A stretch of 64,000 bases of DNA from Flavobacteriales bacterium (GTDB taxonomy: Bacteria > Bacteroidota > Bacteroidia > Flavobacteriales > JANQLC01): contig JANQLC010000007.1 in the NCBI GenBank assembly GCA_028280815.1, positions 15,037-79,036 on the forward strand, given 5' to 3'. Positions 19,336 to 28,304 of this stretch are shown here, one piece after another (within the stretch, counting starts at the first letter, position 1; the number at the start of each line of letters is the position of its first letter). The notes beneath the pieces are model-generated. The model saw only the letters and a list, made by a program, of their open reading frames with translations, made no database searches and was not told the DNA's origin. The translations under genes and the position numbers were made by a program.

Positions 19336-20223
19336 TCAGCGCCATTGATTTCTGGGGTCCACGCCCCAATGCAATTTGCTGCGGAGTGTATTTAAAAATG
19401 AAGAATCTCGTGGATGGGCAATCTGTACTTTACAAGCTGCTTTTTTAATGCGCAGTTCGGTAGCTGTGTCCAGCAAAATCCGATGTGAGTCTAGGGTGAC
19501 TAAGAATTCAGGTGTACGGCTCATCACTTGGAGGTTGATTTCGCTTTCGTCTGAAAGGATGATCGGTCTTACGCTTAGGTTGTGCGGTGCGATGGGTGTG
19601 AGTGCGATGTTGTCGTTTTGTGGCATGAGGATCGGCCCGCCACAGCTCAACGAATAAGCTGTGCTGCCGGTGGGCGTGGAAATGATTAAGCCATCCGCCC
19701 AATACGTATTGAGAAATTCGCCGTTTAGCTCTGCCCGTATGTCGATCATCGAAGAAATCGCTTTGCGGCTTACGGTAACTTCGTTAAGGGCAAAATGAAC
19801 GGGAAGCCGTTCCGGGTTTTTGTCTAGGCTTACCGATAATAGGGTGCGCTCGCTGACTTGGTATTCTCCGTTGGCGATCGAATCCAAATGGTCGAGCAGC
19901 TCGTCGCTCTTGTAGCTCGCTAAGAAGCCCAGTTGTCCCATATTGACTCCAGCGAGGGGGATTCCAGTGTTGTACACCAAGCTGGCAGCGCGCAGGATGG
20001 TTCCGTCTCCCCCAAAAGTAAAGAGTAAGTCCAGATCGTTCGGGGGCTCTCCACCGCTGAAGACCCCCACCTTCTCACCGGGGCTCAAATGCGCTTGAAG
20101 TGCGGTATAAAGCTCCTCGTGCAGCTGGAAATCAATGTGTTTCTCTCCTAGCGTTTTGAGAAATGCTTTGATAAATGCGGCGGACTCAGCGGTGATTTTT
20201 TGTCCGTACAGACCTACTGTCAT
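19336..20223 (-). CDS. nadK: NAD kinase
   Basis: 295 aa. Motifs are GGDGT and a NadK-type TPTGSTAYSLS. Confidence 0.9.
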   Translation of the reverse strand: MTVGLYGQKITAESAAFIKAFLKTLGEKHIDFQLHEELYTALQAHLSPGEKVGVFSGGEPPNDLDLLFTFGGDGTILRAASLVYNTGIPLAGVNMGQLGFLASYKSDELLDHLDSIANGEYQVSERTLLSVSLDKNPERLPVHFALNEVTVSRKAISSMIDIRAELNGEFLNTYWADGLIISTPTGSTAYSLSCGGPILMPQNDNIALTPIAPHNLSVRPIILSDESEINLQVMSRTPEFLVTLDSHRILLDTATELRIKKAACKVQIAHPRDSSFLNTLRSKLHWGVDPRNQWR

Positions 20224-20354
20224 CTATACATCCAAGTATTTCATTGTATCGGAATGGAATCCCTTCTCGCCTTCATACACAAAGGGTAGGCATCACCGAC
20301 AAATGCGACTGCTTTAGCCACAAAGTTATATTTTTGTTTTTAAATCCGAGGGCG

Positions 20355-21077
20355 ATGACACGCCTGAGCGTAAATATCGATAAGATCGCTGTCTTGCGCA
20401 ATGCCCGTGGTGGGGACTTTCCCAATGTGGTCAGACTGGCACGGGACATACAGGATTTTGGCGCCGGGGGAATCACTGTGCATCCGCGTCCGGATGAGCG
20501 CCACATCCGCTATCAGGACGTACGTGACCTACGCGCTGCCGTGCATACCGAGCTCAATGTGGAGGGCAATCCCACGCAGCGGTTTATGGATTTGGTTTTG
20601 ACGGTGAAACCCGACCAGGTTACCCTGGTGCCCGATGCGCCGGATGTGATTACCTCCAATGCGGGTTGGGATGTGGTGACGCATTTGTCTTTTTTGCAGC
20701 GAGTCACCTCCGAGCTGAAGCAGCAGCGAATCCGCACTTCTATTTTTTTGGACCCCTGCCCGGAATACGTGGCGTATGCTGTCCAGACGGGGGGCGATTG
20801 CATTGAACTCTATACTGAAGGCTACGCTCGAGGCTTTGCCAAGGGCCGAGCTGATGCGGCGGTAAAACCTTATGTGGAAACGGCGCAGTTGGCTCACAAG
20901 CAGGGCTTGGACGTGCATGCTGGCCATGATTTGAACAGCGACAACCTATCCTTTTTTAAGGAGAAAATAGACTTCCTAGCAGAGGTCTCCATCGGCCATG
21001 CGCTGATTTCAGAAGCCCTTTATTCGGGTTTGGCGCGTACCGTACAGCGCTATTTGCGAAAACTCTCTCCAAGCTAG
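20355..21077 (+). CDS. pdxJ: Pyridoxine 5'-phosphate synthase
   Basis: The internal Met at 20355 gives MTRLSVNIDKIAVLRNARG.., the canonical PdxJ N-terminus. The track ORF begins 111 nt earlier with non-homologous sequence. Confidence 0.9.
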   Translation: MTRLSVNIDKIAVLRNARGGDFPNVVRLARDIQDFGAGGITVHPRPDERHIRYQDVRDLRAAVHTELNVEGNPTQRFMDLVLTVKPDQVTLVPDAPDVITSNAGWDVVTHLSFLQRVTSELKQQRIRTSIFLDPCPEYVAYAVQTGGDCIELYTEGYARGFAKGRADAAVKPYVETAQLAHKQGLDVHAGHDLNSDNLSFFKEKIDFLAEVSIGHALISEALYSGLARTVQRYLRKLSPS

Positions 21078-21569
21078 CGTACATTGTGAACGGGTTGTGG
21101 TGTTTGAATCGATAAAAGTTAAAAAAACGGTGAGAATAAAAAAGAATGCGCTCCCAGGGTTTTTCTCGTCCTCGATATATACAGATTGTTTAAGCGGCTG
21201 AGGTAAGCGTTTCAGCAATTGGGCAGAGGATTTAACACACGTGATGCCCAGTTGTGCAAAATGCGAAAGGGCTGATGAGTGGTGATAATTTTTTACTGGG
21301 AATTTTAGCGGTGGTGCCGTGTGCTAAGCCCTATTTTTTCTTCTACATGCGGCGCGCAAGACTGGAAATCGAAGCATGCGGCGGTTCTCGTATTTTTGAA
21401 AAATGTATGGTTCTATGGTAAAAAACCCTCTTCGTAAGGGGGTGGCTGACAGATCGAGCCGGGCCGCACCAAAAGAAAGGCAAAGTCCTCAAAATGAATA
21501 TTTTGACGAATTGGTAAAATATTTGACGCTCGATCCTTTGAGAGGGGTGGCATTGGGTTATACGAACGC

Positions 21570-22352
21570 ATGCGGCTTTTGCACTCCAATATTTTAGGCT
21601 CGGACAACAGCCCGGCCTTGCTGATCTTTCACGGCTTATTCGGCAGCGGTAGCAACTGGATGACCTTGGGCCGGCGCTTTGCCCGAGGCTATGCAGTACA
21701 CCTGATCGATTTGCGCAACCACGGCCGTAGCTTTCACAGTGCTGTGATGAGCCTCGATGCGATGCGTGAAGATGTGGCGTACTACGTCTCGCATTACCGC
21801 CTGCAGGACATCTGCCTTTTGGGGCATTCGTTGGGCGGAAAACTGGCGATGCACTATGCGGTGAATCATCCGGAAGTGGTTTCCAAGCTCGTGGTAGCGG
21901 ATATATCGCCTCGGAGATATGCGCCGCATCACCATCTGATTTTTCAAGCCTTAGCAGCGGTCGATCTGCGGCTGTTGCACAGCCGCTCGGAGGTGGAATC
22001 AAAGCTCGCCAATCGCTTGAGCGATCCGGTTCTTCGGCGGTTTTTGACCAAGAGCTTATACCGTCCCCAAGCGGATAAAAACCGTTTGGCATGGCGTTTT
22101 AACCCATCGGCTTTGGTCGAAAATTACGAGGCCTTGATCGCCGAGCTGCCCGAAGGGCAGCCCTTTGTCAAGCCCACACTTTTTATCCGGGGCGAAAAGT
22201 CCGACTACCTTACCGCAGCTGATGAGCCCTTGATACGGGCGCGGTTTCCCCATGCGTCTATCGAGACGCTCGGCGGTGCGGGTCATTGGTTGCACGCGGA
22301 GAAGCCAGCGGCATGTTACCAAAAAGTGATGTCTTTTTTGGGTGAAAAATAG
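21570..22352 (+). CDS. Alpha/beta-fold hydrolase (YbfF-like esterase)
   Basis: 260 aa. It has HGLFGSGSNW, the nucleophile elbow GHSLGG and a C-terminal GHW..E motif. Confidence 0.8.
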   Translation: MRLLHSNILGSDNSPALLIFHGLFGSGSNWMTLGRRFARGYAVHLIDLRNHGRSFHSAVMSLDAMREDVAYYVSHYRLQDICLLGHSLGGKLAMHYAVNHPEVVSKLVVADISPRRYAPHHHLIFQALAAVDLRLLHSRSEVESKLANRLSDPVLRRFLTKSLYRPQADKNRLAWRFNPSALVENYEALIAELPEGQPFVKPTLFIRGEKSDYLTAADEPLIRARFPHASIETLGGAGHWLHAEKPAACYQKVMSFLGEK

Positions 22353-22359
22353 GGGTCCC

Positions 22360-22960
22360 GGTTCCCTCTTTCACAGTGGGAGCGTGCAAAGGCCTTTTGA
22401 GTGGGTGTTTCAATCCGCCCTTTGAGCTGGGCGGCAACTGCGCTTTTCCAAACTGAGGTCCATGCGCGCCTCAGTTGTATCGGTTGTGACTTCCCCTTGC
22501 GTTTTTTCGGCTGTAATGGATTGGGGGATTCATGTTTTTTTCGTATAGGGTCATTTCTGCTGTAGCGCATGTATTGAGTTGAGGCGTCATTTGGCTGTGG
22601 TATGGAGCGCCAATACCTAACCTTTTGTGCCTTGAGAACGGCCGGCTTTTTGGATATGCTTGCTCCATAAACTGTGCGATCCCAAAGAGAATCCTACTTT
22701 CGGCTCGGTATTTCCGCGCTGTATCGCTCTTTCTATAGACCTTGTTTTTATGTGTTTTTATGGCGAGGATAGCAGTGGGAGTGGGTCGGGCAGCTGCTGT
22801 GCGACTTTGTTGCGCTTTTGGGTTTGCCGCAGGGTTACCGGGCTTTCTGTATCGGTTTGGGGGGTGCCCTTTCGATACATGCTTGGTCGTTGGAGCCACT
22901 GGGGTGCTCGGTGGAAGTCGGATTCTGCCTTTTTGGCAGAGATGGGATTTGAAATCCCTG
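22360..22960. repeat. Intergenic repeat-rich spacer in G+T orientation, upstream of dnaK
   Basis: Units include GCAAAGGCCTTTTGAG, CCGCCCTTTGAGCTGGG, GGCCGGCTTTTTGGATA and GGGCTTTCTGTATCGGTTTGG. The only ORFs are C/F/G/V-rich low-complexity ones. Confidence 0.45.
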
Positions 22961-22982
22961 TACGCTATGGCTGGCATAGTGC

Positions 22983-23010
22983 TTGACAGGATTTAGGTCG
23001 AGAATAATCT
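22983..23010 (+). promoter_or_regulatory. Candidate sigma70-like promoter (TTGACA-N16-TAATCT) upstream of dnaK
   Basis: TTGACA lies at 22983-22988 and TAATCT at 23005-23010, 20 nt before the dnaK ATG at 23030. This is not the Bacteroidota TTTG/TAnnTTTG type. Pattern match only. Confidence 0.3.
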
Positions 23011-23029
23011 TTGAGAAAACGAATGAATC

Positions 23030-24940
23030 ATGGCTAAGACAATTGGGATAGACTTGGGTACGACCAATTCAGTGGTATCGGTGATGGAGGGCAAGGAGCC
23101 TGCGGTAATCCCGAATTCGGAGGGCAAGCGCACAACCCCTTCCATCGTCGCCTTTGTCGAGGGTGGTGAGCGGAAGATCGGCGATCCGGCCAAACGGCAG
23201 GCGGTGACCAATCCGGTGAAGACCATCTTTTCGGTTAAACGCTTTATGGGCAATAAATTTTCCGAGGTAGGTGAAGAAGTCAAACGGGTGCCTTATAAGG
23301 TGGTAAAGGGCGACAACAACACCCCCCGTGTGGATATCGGTGGCCGTTTGTACACCCCCCAAGAGATATCGGCGATGATCTTGCAAAAGATGAAGAAAAC
23401 CGCCGAGGACTACCTCGGCCAAGATGTGGGTCATGCCGTCATTACCGTACCCGCCTACTTTAACGATGCGCAGCGCCAGGCGACCAAGGAGGCTGGAGAA
23501 ATCGCGGGTTTAAAAGTGGATCGAATCATCAATGAGCCTACGGCTGCCGCCTTGGCCTATGGCTTAGACAAAGAGGCGGGCGACAAGAAGATTGCGGTTT
23601 ACGATTTGGGTGGGGGTACCTTCGATATATCCATCTTGGAATTGGGCGACGGCGTATTCGAAGTGCTCGCTACCAATGGGGATACCCACCTCGGCGGCGA
23701 TGACTTCGATCAAAAGCTCATCAGTTGGTTGACGGCTGAATTTAAAAAGGAAGAGGGCGTGGACTTGTCCAGAGATCCGATGGCGCTTCAACGTTTGAAA
23801 GAGGCGGCTGAAAAGGCGAAGATCGAGCTCTCGTCCAGCTCGCAAACCGAGATCAACCTGCCTTACATCACAGCTACGGATTCAGGTCCCAAGCACTTGG
23901 TCAAAACCTTGACCCGTGCCAAATTCGACCAGTTGACCGAAGATTTGGTCAAGCGTTCCATGCAGCCGGTAGAGAAAGCCTTGGCCGATACGGACTTAAA
24001 AGCGTCCGACATCGATGAGGTGATTTTGGTGGGCGGTTCTACGCGCATCCCTAGAATTCAAGGAGAAGTGGAAAAATTCTTCGGTAAAAAGCCTTCCAAG
24101 GGGGTAAACCCCGATGAGGTGGTAGCGGTTGGTGCGGCTATTCAAGGTGCTGTACTGACTGGAGATGTCAAAGATGTGTTGCTCTTGGATGTGACACCCC
24201 TCTCGCTCGGCATCGAAACCTTGGGCGGGGTGTTTACCCAGTTGATCGAATCCAATACGACGATCCCGACTAAAAAATCTGAGGTCTTCTCTACTGCACA
24301 GGACAACCAAAGCGCGGTGACCATTCGCGTGGGACAAGGAGAAAGGCCCATGTTTAAAGACAACAAGGAAATCGGCCGCTTTGACTTGGTGGATATCCCA
24401 CCGGCGCCCCGTGGCGTGCCCCAAATTGAAGTGACGTTTGACATCGATGCCAATGGCATACTAAACGTTTCGGCCAAGGATAAAGACACGGGTAAAGAGC
24501 AATCGATTCGCATTGAAGCCTCTTCCGGTCTGAGTGAGGCCGAGATCCAAAAGATGAAGCGCGAGGCCGAGCAAAACGCAGAATCCGATAAGAAGAACAA
24601 GGAGAAGGTCGATAAGCTCAACCAAGCGGACAGCACGGTCTTTCAAACCGAAAAGCAATTAAAGGAGTTTGGCGATAAGCTCTCTGACGCCAAGAAAAAG
24701 CCGATTGAAGCGGCTTTGGCAGAGTTGAAAAAAGCACATGAGGGTCAGGATTTGAAGGCCATTGACCCGGCTATAGAAAGGCTCAATAAGGCTTGGAGCG
24801 AAGCCTCTCAGGAGATGTACGCCGCACAGCAAAAGGCCGGATCAAAAGATTCAGCCACTGAGGGTGCAGCGGGTTCAACCGATTCGGCTGCAGCAGCGGA
24901 TGATTCAGTGCAAGATGTGGATTTTGAAGAGGTGAAGTAA
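23030..24940 (+). CDS. dnaK: Molecular chaperone DnaK (Hsp70)
   Basis: 636 aa. Motifs are [18 protein letters not shown] and the Hsp70 signature regions throughout. The C-terminus is EEVK. Confidence 0.97.
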   Translation: MAKTIGIDLGTTNSVVSVMEGKEPAVIPNSEGKRTTPSIVAFVEGGERKIGDPAKRQAVTNPVKTIFSVKRFMGNKFSEVGEEVKRVPYKVVKGDNNTPRVDIGGRLYTPQEISAMILQKMKKTAEDYLGQDVGHAVITVPAYFNDAQRQATKEAGEIAGLKVDRIINEPTAAALAYGLDKEAGDKKIAVYDLGGGTFDISILELGDGVFEVLATNGDTHLGGDDFDQKLISWLTAEFKKEEGVDLSRDPMALQRLKEAAEKAKIELSSSSQTEINLPYITATDSGPKHLVKTLTRAKFDQLTEDLVKRSMQPVEKALADTDLKASDIDEVILVGGSTRIPRIQGEVEKFFGKKPSKGVNPDEVVAVGAAIQGAVLTGDVKDVLLLDVTPLSLGIETLGGVFTQLIESNTTIPTKKSEVFSTAQDNQSAVTIRVGQGERPMFKDNKEIGRFDLVDIPPAPRGVPQIEVTFDIDANGILNVSAKDKDTGKEQSIRIEASSGLSEAEIQKMKREAEQNAESDKKNKEKVDKLNQADSTVFQTEKQLKEFGDKLSDAKKKPIEAALAELKKAHEGQDLKAIDPAIERLNKAWSEASQEMYAAQQKAGSKDSATEGAAGSTDSAAAADDSVQDVDFEEVK

Positions 24941-24995
24941 AGCGCTTCGATGGCCGAGGAGGTTGTCAGCGGTTGCCGAAGTTATTGAAACGGGG

Positions 24996-25480
24996 GAACG
25001 AAAAATAAAGCCGGTCTTCAGGCCGTCAAAGGAGAAAAATAACGCCTCTTTTTTAAATCCCCACGGACAAATGCAAAAGAATAAGGGCGGATTTTCACAA
25101 CAACCCCATAGGAGCAAAAGGCAAGCCTCCTTTTTTAGACCACCGACCGGGAAAAAACAACGCTCCCTTTTTTGATGAACTACAACGGGGAATACAGTGC
25201 GACGAGTACCTTTTTTAACCACTGCCCAGGATCGAACACCAAAGGATAAAGCCGATTTTTTGACGGCCACATACGTAAAAACCCGAGAGAAACAAGTCTC
25301 CTTTTCAAAACGACAAACAGGGAAAAATAAGGCTGGACTTTTGGCAAAGGCGGAGAAATGATATCTGTCTTTCAAACCGGCTCACACGAGATGAAAACAA
25401 AAGAGCCATTCCGGCTTTTCAGACCGTCTCTATATGGAAGTACAAGGGGATAAGCGCAGCTTTCAGATTCCCTCATCTCA
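24996..25480. repeat. Array of ~12 degenerate ~40-bp units (A-run / GC core / T-run / variable tail), A+C-rich on the + strand
   Basis: Unit cores lie at 25001-25020, 25034-25054, 25075-25095, 25116-25136, 25152-25173, 25241-25261, 25322-25342 and 25413-25430. There is no conserved exact repeat and no credible ORF. Confidence 0.65.
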
Positions 25481-25489
25481 AATAGGGGT

Positions 25490-26917
25490 CTAACTGAAAT
25501 GCGCAACGGGCTTCAATCCCATGCTTTCCCCTTTTTTAAGCATAAAATCGTAGGCGGCGCGGTATTCGTTGGGTATCTCGCCTTCCAGTATGGCCTCGCG
25601 GATGGCGGTTTTTAGGGTTCCGATCTCAGGTCCGGGGCTGAGGTTAAAAGCGCTCATGATCGTCCTTCCATCGATGGGCGGTTGCCAGTTTCGGATTCGA
25701 TCGCGCTGTTCTACCGCTTTAAAGCGTTGGCGCAGCCGCTCAAAATTGCTTTTGTATTGCTCGTAGCGCTTCTTATTTTTCGTAGTGATATCGGCATCGC
25801 AGAGCCGCATCAGATCTTCGATATCGGAACCCGCATCGAAGAGCAAGCGCCGAATGGCGGAGTCCGTCGCCTGGTCGCTCACCAGCGCGATGGGTCGCGA
25901 ACTCAGACTGACCAGCTTTCTGACGTATTTCAGGGGCCTGCCAAGGGGTAATTTTAAACGTCGAAAAATGCTGGCGACCATCTTGCCGCCGACGAGCTCG
26001 TGTCCGTGGAAGGTCCAACCGATTTTTTTATCGAATTTTTTGGTGGGTGTCTTGCCGATATCGTGCAACAAAGCAGCCCATCGCAGCCAGAGATCAGTCG
26101 TGTTTGGGCTGATGTTGTCCACCACTTCTAAGCTGTGGTAGAAATTGTCCTTGTGGCTTTGACCCTCCCTTTCATCCACGCCTTTGAGCGCCTGCAACTC
26201 GGGAAGTATGTAGGTCAGCAAGCCACTTTTTTCCAACAACAACAGGCCGTGTGAAGGTTTTTTGCTCAGCATGATTCGGTTGAACTCCTCTGCGATTCGT
26301 TGCATAGAGACAATCGCGATGCGCGCTTTGTTTTTGCTGAGCGCCTGAAAGGACGCTCGTTCGATGGAGAACTTGAGTTGTGCGGCAAAGCGAATGGCGC
26401 GCAACATGCGCAGGGGATCGTCCGAATAGGTGATATCCGGATTCAAAGGCGTGCGGATCAGTCGCTTTCTTAAATCCCTCAGCCCGTCAAAGGGATCGAC
26501 CAATACGCCGCGGTTTGCCCGGTTCAACCCGATGGCCAATGCATTGATGGTGAAATCGCGGCGGTTTTGATCGGCTCGCAAACTGCCTGTTTCCACGATG
26601 GGCTTGCGACTGTCAGGGCGGTAGGATTCCTTTCGTGCACCGACAAACTCGATTTTCAAACCCCGAAATTTGAGCATGGCCGTGCCGAAGTTTTTGAAGA
26701 CCGATACGCCGACCTGCCCCGGTAGCAACTGCGCTGTTTTTTTTGCCAAGTCAATCCCACTGCCGATGCAGACGATATCGATATCGCGCTTCTGATCGCG
26801 CTGTAGTAAGAAATCTCTGACGAACCCGCCGACCACATAGGTCTCTAAGTCTAAGGCTTCGGCGGCTCGAGAGAGGGTTCTAAAAATGGGCGCGTCTATG
26901 GCTTCGGGCAGTTGCAT
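25490..26917 (-). CDS. tRNA nucleotidyltransferase (CCA-adding / poly(A) polymerase family) with an HD domain
   Basis: 475 aa. It has an N-terminal GGFVRD..D.D nucleotidyltransferase motif and a central HD motif (LLHDIGK). Confidence 0.85.
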   Translation of the reverse strand: MQLPEAIDAPIFRTLSRAAEALDLETYVVGGFVRDFLLQRDQKRDIDIVCIGSGIDLAKKTAQLLPGQVGVSVFKNFGTAMLKFRGLKIEFVGARKESYRPDSRKPIVETGSLRADQNRRDFTINALAIGLNRANRGVLVDPFDGLRDLRKRLIRTPLNPDITYSDDPLRMLRAIRFAAQLKFSIERASFQALSKNKARIAIVSMQRIAEEFNRIMLSKKPSHGLLLLEKSGLLTYILPELQALKGVDEREGQSHKDNFYHSLEVVDNISPNTTDLWLRWAALLHDIGKTPTKKFDKKIGWTFHGHELVGGKMVASIFRRLKLPLGRPLKYVRKLVSLSSRPIALVSDQATDSAIRRLLFDAGSDIEDLMRLCDADITTKNKKRYEQYKSNFERLRQRFKAVEQRDRIRNWQPPIDGRTIMSAFNLSPGPEIGTLKTAIREAILEGEIPNEYRAAYDFMLKKGESMGLKPVAHFS

Positions 26918-26927
26918 GGATGAAACT

Positions 26928-27521
26928 TTAGGCCCTCAGGATTTTGAATTCTCCGTTGTGGCCCAATTTGATAATGGTAGAACCGGCAAACCGGGCTTTT
27001 TTTTCTCGCTGCAAAGCTACGGCATAGTCCACAGCCCCCAAAATGGCTGTGTCGATTTCGTCAAAGCACATGGGGGGTAGCAAGCCACTGCGGTTGGCCG
27101 AAGTGGATACCAGCGGACGGTTGAGTCGGCGGATTAATCGCTGTAGCCATTTGTCATGCGTCAGTCGGATGCCGAGGGAGCCATCTGCTGCCGGTAAGTT
27201 GGGGGCTACGCCTGCAGCGCCCTCGTAGATCAGGGTCAAGGGTTTTTGGGCGGAACGCATCAGACTCCAAGCCCGATCCGGAATTTGGGGGACGAGTCGC
27301 ATCAAACGCTGCGCATCCTCGACCAATACGATCAGGGACTTGCCTCGGGGGCGTTTCTTAATGGCATAGATCTTTTCTACTGCCCTTTCATCTGTCGCAT
27401 CGCAGCCCAGCCCCCAAATCGTGTCGGTGGGGTAGAGGATGACACCGCCACGCTTCAATGTGGAAACGGCTCGATCCACGATTTCATCCCCGCTCATCGC
27501 AGGCCTCTTTTTAAGAGCCAA
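26928..27521 (-). CDS. tsaC: L-threonylcarbamoyladenylate synthase (YrdC/TsaC family)
   Basis: 197 aa with YrdC-like motifs (ILYPTDTIWGLGCDA, SANRSG). Confidence 0.85.
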   Translation of the reverse strand: MALKKRPAMSGDEIVDRAVSTLKRGGVILYPTDTIWGLGCDATDERAVEKIYAIKKRPRGKSLIVLVEDAQRLMRLVPQIPDRAWSLMRSAQKPLTLIYEGAAGVAPNLPAADGSLGIRLTHDKWLQRLIRRLNRPLVSTSANRSGLLPPMCFDEIDTAILGAVDYAVALQREKKARFAGSTIIKLGHNGEFKILRA

Positions 27522-28249
27522 TAAGAGCCAATATTTACGTAGCGCGTAAAGACGCCGTGGGCTTGTAATATGGCGAGGATAAAGCCATGGGTTCCATCCA
27601 GAAATCCCAAACGGATGATGTAGTGGTGAAAGAAACGAAAGGCCGGCTTTACGGTGAAGTGAAAGAGGTTGAGCGATTTGCCCTTAGCGTGTAATTCCTT
27701 TGCCTGCAGCCATTTGTAATGGTTCATCTTTCGGATATAGTGGTCGAACGATCTGTGGCCGTAGTGCGCCATTTTGTTTTTTAAAAAGCCCACTGAGCCA
27801 TCTATGTGCATTTTTTCGTGCACCAAACCGGTGTAATGTGCTTTATCGCGCTGAAACAAGCGGATCGTTTTATCCGTTTGCCAGCCACTGTATTTGATTC
27901 TTCGACCCATAAAGTGGTAAGTGCGAAATATCCAATATCCTTCTTTCGCATCGGGTGCTTGCATGGTGCTTTGTATCTCCCGTTGTAGGTCCGGTGTGAC
28001 TTCTTCATCTGCGTCTAAGAGCAAAACCCAGGCGTGAGATGTCTGTCGAATGGCGAAATTTTTTTATGCCGAGAAATTGTCGAACTTTCGATGGATTATC
28101 CGAGTGCCCTGTCTTCTCGCTATGGCGACGGATTGATCGGTACTTTCCGAATCGATTAGTATGATTTCATCCGCAAAACGAACGGATTGTAAAGCGCGAT
28201 CGATCACAGCGGCTTCGTTTAGTGCAGGTATAATAGCTGTTAGTGGCAT
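27494..28249 (-). pseudogene. Family-2 glycosyltransferase (LPS-core type) interrupted by an in-frame TAA
   Basis: Track ORFs 28064-28336 and 27494-28024 are in the same frame, separated by a single TAA (28064-28066). The read-through sequence is ..FDNFSA*KNFAIRQTSHAWVLLLDADEEV... Homologues as I recall them have Gln (CAA) at that position. Confidence 0.7.
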
Positions 28250-28304
28250 AAACGGGCTAAAGAAAAGGGTATAAATTTGTCGCAATATAAAGTAATACAA
28301 CGAT

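Noticed and set aside
21343-22092. Long antisense or overlapping shadow ORFs: 21343-22092(-), 34007-35059(-), 50142-50954(-), 53760-54503(-), 42930-43616(-), 1128-1631(-), 14235-15008(+), 62284-62865(-).
   Set aside because: Each lies antisense to, or out of frame within, a well-supported conserved gene. Each has Arg/Ser/Pro/Gly-rich shadow-ORF composition and no recognisable motifs.
22353-23029. CIRCE/HrcA operator upstream of dnaK.
   Set aside because: There is no TTAGCACTC-N9-GAGTGCTAA-like inverted repeat in the 677-bp upstream region.
24905-25375. 156-aa minus-strand ORF across the dnaK-downstream array, with a quasi-periodic ..KK(E)A..FF..G.. pattern every ~13-14 aa.
   Set aside because: The periodicity is a by-product of the ~40-bp DNA units. 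The ORF overlaps the dnaK 3' end antisense, is Cys/Phe-rich nonsense, and a + strand ORF (24963-25175) is equally open. The open frames come from the scarcity of TTA/CTA/TCA in A+C-rich DNA.
24996-25480. CRISPR-like array, because of regularly spaced short elements.
   Set aside because: There is no exactly conserved direct repeat alternating with unique spacers. Units are degenerate throughout. There is no leader or cas genes anywhere in the window.
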